The translations under genes and the position numbers were made by a program. Under the pieces are notes generated by a model. That model ran no database searches. It saw only the letters and a list, made by a program, of their open reading frames with translations, and was not told the DNA's origin. Positions 32,805-34,762 of a DNA stretch of 34,762 nt are shown piece by piece. Positions within the stretch are counted from its first letter, which is position 1. Each line of letters opens with the position of its first letter. Source of the DNA: Octopus bimaculoides (lineage: Eukaryota); NCBI RefSeq assembly GCF_001194135.2, contig NC_068983.1, forward strand, positions 118,248,125 to 118,282,886, written 5' to 3'.

Positions 32805-32993
32805 CCCTTTAGCACTTAAACTGGCCATATCCGACCAAAATAATCTACATGTCTGATGCTCAAAACAGCCAGATCCATTCTAAAAAGAATCATCACATCA
32901 TTAGAATCTCAAAGCTACAAGACAATGCAAGATTAATTCAAAATGTGAATAAATGAGCATTACATTTGACAGACTAATCTGAATGCTAAAGGA
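32805..32993 (-). mobile_element. TTAA MITE family A
   Basis: ttaa|ccctttagcacttaaactggccatatcc...aatctgaatgctaaagga|ttaa. Confidence 0.85.
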
Positions 32994-33179
32994 TTAACCC
33001 TTCTTAAGATCAAATCAAAATGTCCAACAGCATGAGTAAGTGAGTGAGTGGTCTGCAATCAACTGTACTAAAGGTATTCATATTTAACTCTTTCATTACC
33101 ACTGGCAAGGACTTTCAATTGATTTAAAAAATAATCAAGAATTTTATGGTATTTAATAAAATATCTTTGTAATTGCACA

Positions 33180-33452
33180 CAGGCTCATCCCCTGCAACTC
33201 TCTCCAGCTGAGCGTCCCTAATCAAGCAGGCTTGTAGGTACTGGTATCACATACAAAGTATTCATGCCAGTGCTGCATAAAAGCACCCAATACACTGTGT
33301 AAAGTGGTTGGCGTTATGAGGAGTGTCCGGCCATAGAAAGCATGCCAAAATGGACAATGAGCCTGAACAGCCCTTCAGCTGGTTAGTTCCTGTCAAACCG
33401 TCCAACTCATGCCAGCATGGAAAACGGACGTTAAATAATGACGATGATGATC
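33180..33452 (+). mobile_element. RTE-type 3' end with short (GAT)n tail
   Basis: Collinear with 2055-2313 (cccctgcaactctctccagctgagc...gcatggaaaacggacgttaaataatgacgatgatga). Confidence 0.8.
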
Positions 33453-34359
33453 TTTGTCGTAATTAATTTGGCATTTGAAATGTAATGTAACAAAAAGTTC
33501 TTGCATAAAATTATAATGCAAAGTTTCCATTTAAATATAAACACTTTAAAACGAGAGGTTTTGTATCATAGAAAACAGAAGTAGTTTAAGTAAGTTAGTG
33601 GTATCAAAAGAGTCAAATTACAAAAACAAAACAAAAACCTCCATGACAATGTCATTATAACATGAATGATAAGATTTCAGTTGATCCTCACCAACCTAAA
33701 ACATACCAATATATAAATTTATATATATAAATTTAAAAGCTTGATTATATTGAAAATTAATGAAACATTTGGGCACCTTAGAGACAAAAGGAATTTATTT
33801 TCAATTAAAGCAAATGAAACAAGAACAATTTCTTTATTTTAAAACAAATTGTTGTGAAATGTGCTTGCAGCAAATAGGCATTCAAAATGGATGTATCTAA
33901 ACTGAATACTGGAAACCAGTATTATTCCTTATATTAGTATTTTATTATTACTTCCTTAGTTTGATTACATCTCTTCTATTTTGAAAGTTAAAGAGAGAGA
34001 GAGAGAATGAAATAGCCTCTCATATATGTATTTTGAGCATATTGCAATAAGAGAGATGCTATGCTGAATTGACAGAGAGAAGAGGAAGGCTAAGGAAGAT
34101 AAGACATGATAATCACTCTGCATTATATTCACAAGGTGCAGTTCAGAAAAAAAAAAAGACAATTTAGTGATAGATGCATGAAAATATATTTAGATACATG
34201 AAACTTGTCAGCATGGAAAAATAGAAAATAATGATGAATTAGGTAAAATTTGTCTTGGGGATGAAACATACAAAAAAATTGTATTTTCTAGGTTTGCTTG
34301 CATCTGAGATCTGTTTTTCTCTGATTGCCCATTTTTCATTGTTTCAAGACAAACTGATA

Positions 34360-34564
34360 CAGGGTGCGGCAGAAATACCTTCCGCATTTTAAACTTTCAC
34401 CTATGTGTTGCTAATGAACTTATGCAAGTGCCAATGATGTTTTCATTTAGCTAATTGAACAAAAACTGCTAATTGAACAACAGTAAAATTAATTTTTCAT
34501 AAATATTGTTTCTTTTTCCTTTTGTCAACCTTTCAAATGTGGGAGGTATTTCTGCTGTACCCTG
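34360..34564. mobile_element. Tc1/mariner-type MITE, 205 bp
   Basis: TA flanks; about 31-bp TIR cagggtgcggcagaaataccttccgcatttt / caaatgtgggaggtatttctgctgtaccctg, mismatches mostly at CpG. Confidence 0.85.
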
Positions 34565-34762
34565 TATAACCAGCAGGAAAAAGTTAAAACCAGTCTAAAC
34601 TGCCACAGGATCATAAGACACAATCTACAAATACATCTTAAATATATTTTTTGCTCAAGAAACACTACAGAAATAATGGTAACCAGCCTAGATTTTAAAA
34701 AAACAAAAAAAGAATACCTATTCTGATCAAAATAGAATGGTTTCAAATTTTGGCACAAGGCC

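Overview
AT-rich, repeat-dense animal genomic DNA with five assembly gaps (N runs at 12900-12909, 17523-17532, 23369-23590, 26467-26645, 28259-28401). The tRNA-SINE families, (GAT)n-tailed RTE 3' ends and TTAGGG repeats look like an Octopus/coleoid cephalopod genome (inference from recalled repeat families; no search run). Most of the window looks like intron of a minus-strand gene: one convincing 279-nt coding exon (2364-2642), one 36-nt exon with consensus splice sites (14900-14935) and a few weaker candidates. The rest is transposon-derived: two mariner subfamilies, a Tc1 (IR/DR type), decayed CR1-like and RTE LINE pieces, at least three tRNA-SINE families, TTAA (piggyBac-type), hAT and Tc1/mariner MITEs with nested insertions, and an 896-bp fold-back element carrying head-to-head telomeric repeats. 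The most notable signal is two unrelated non-coding elements next to (TA)n tracts that each contain a type I hammerhead-ribozyme fold with a palindromic stem III and an inverted partial duplicate, as in Penelope-like pLTRs or retrozymes (28092-28190 minus; 17457-17496 plus). Apart from the exon ORF (2335-2631) and transposon fragments, the listed ORFs look spurious.
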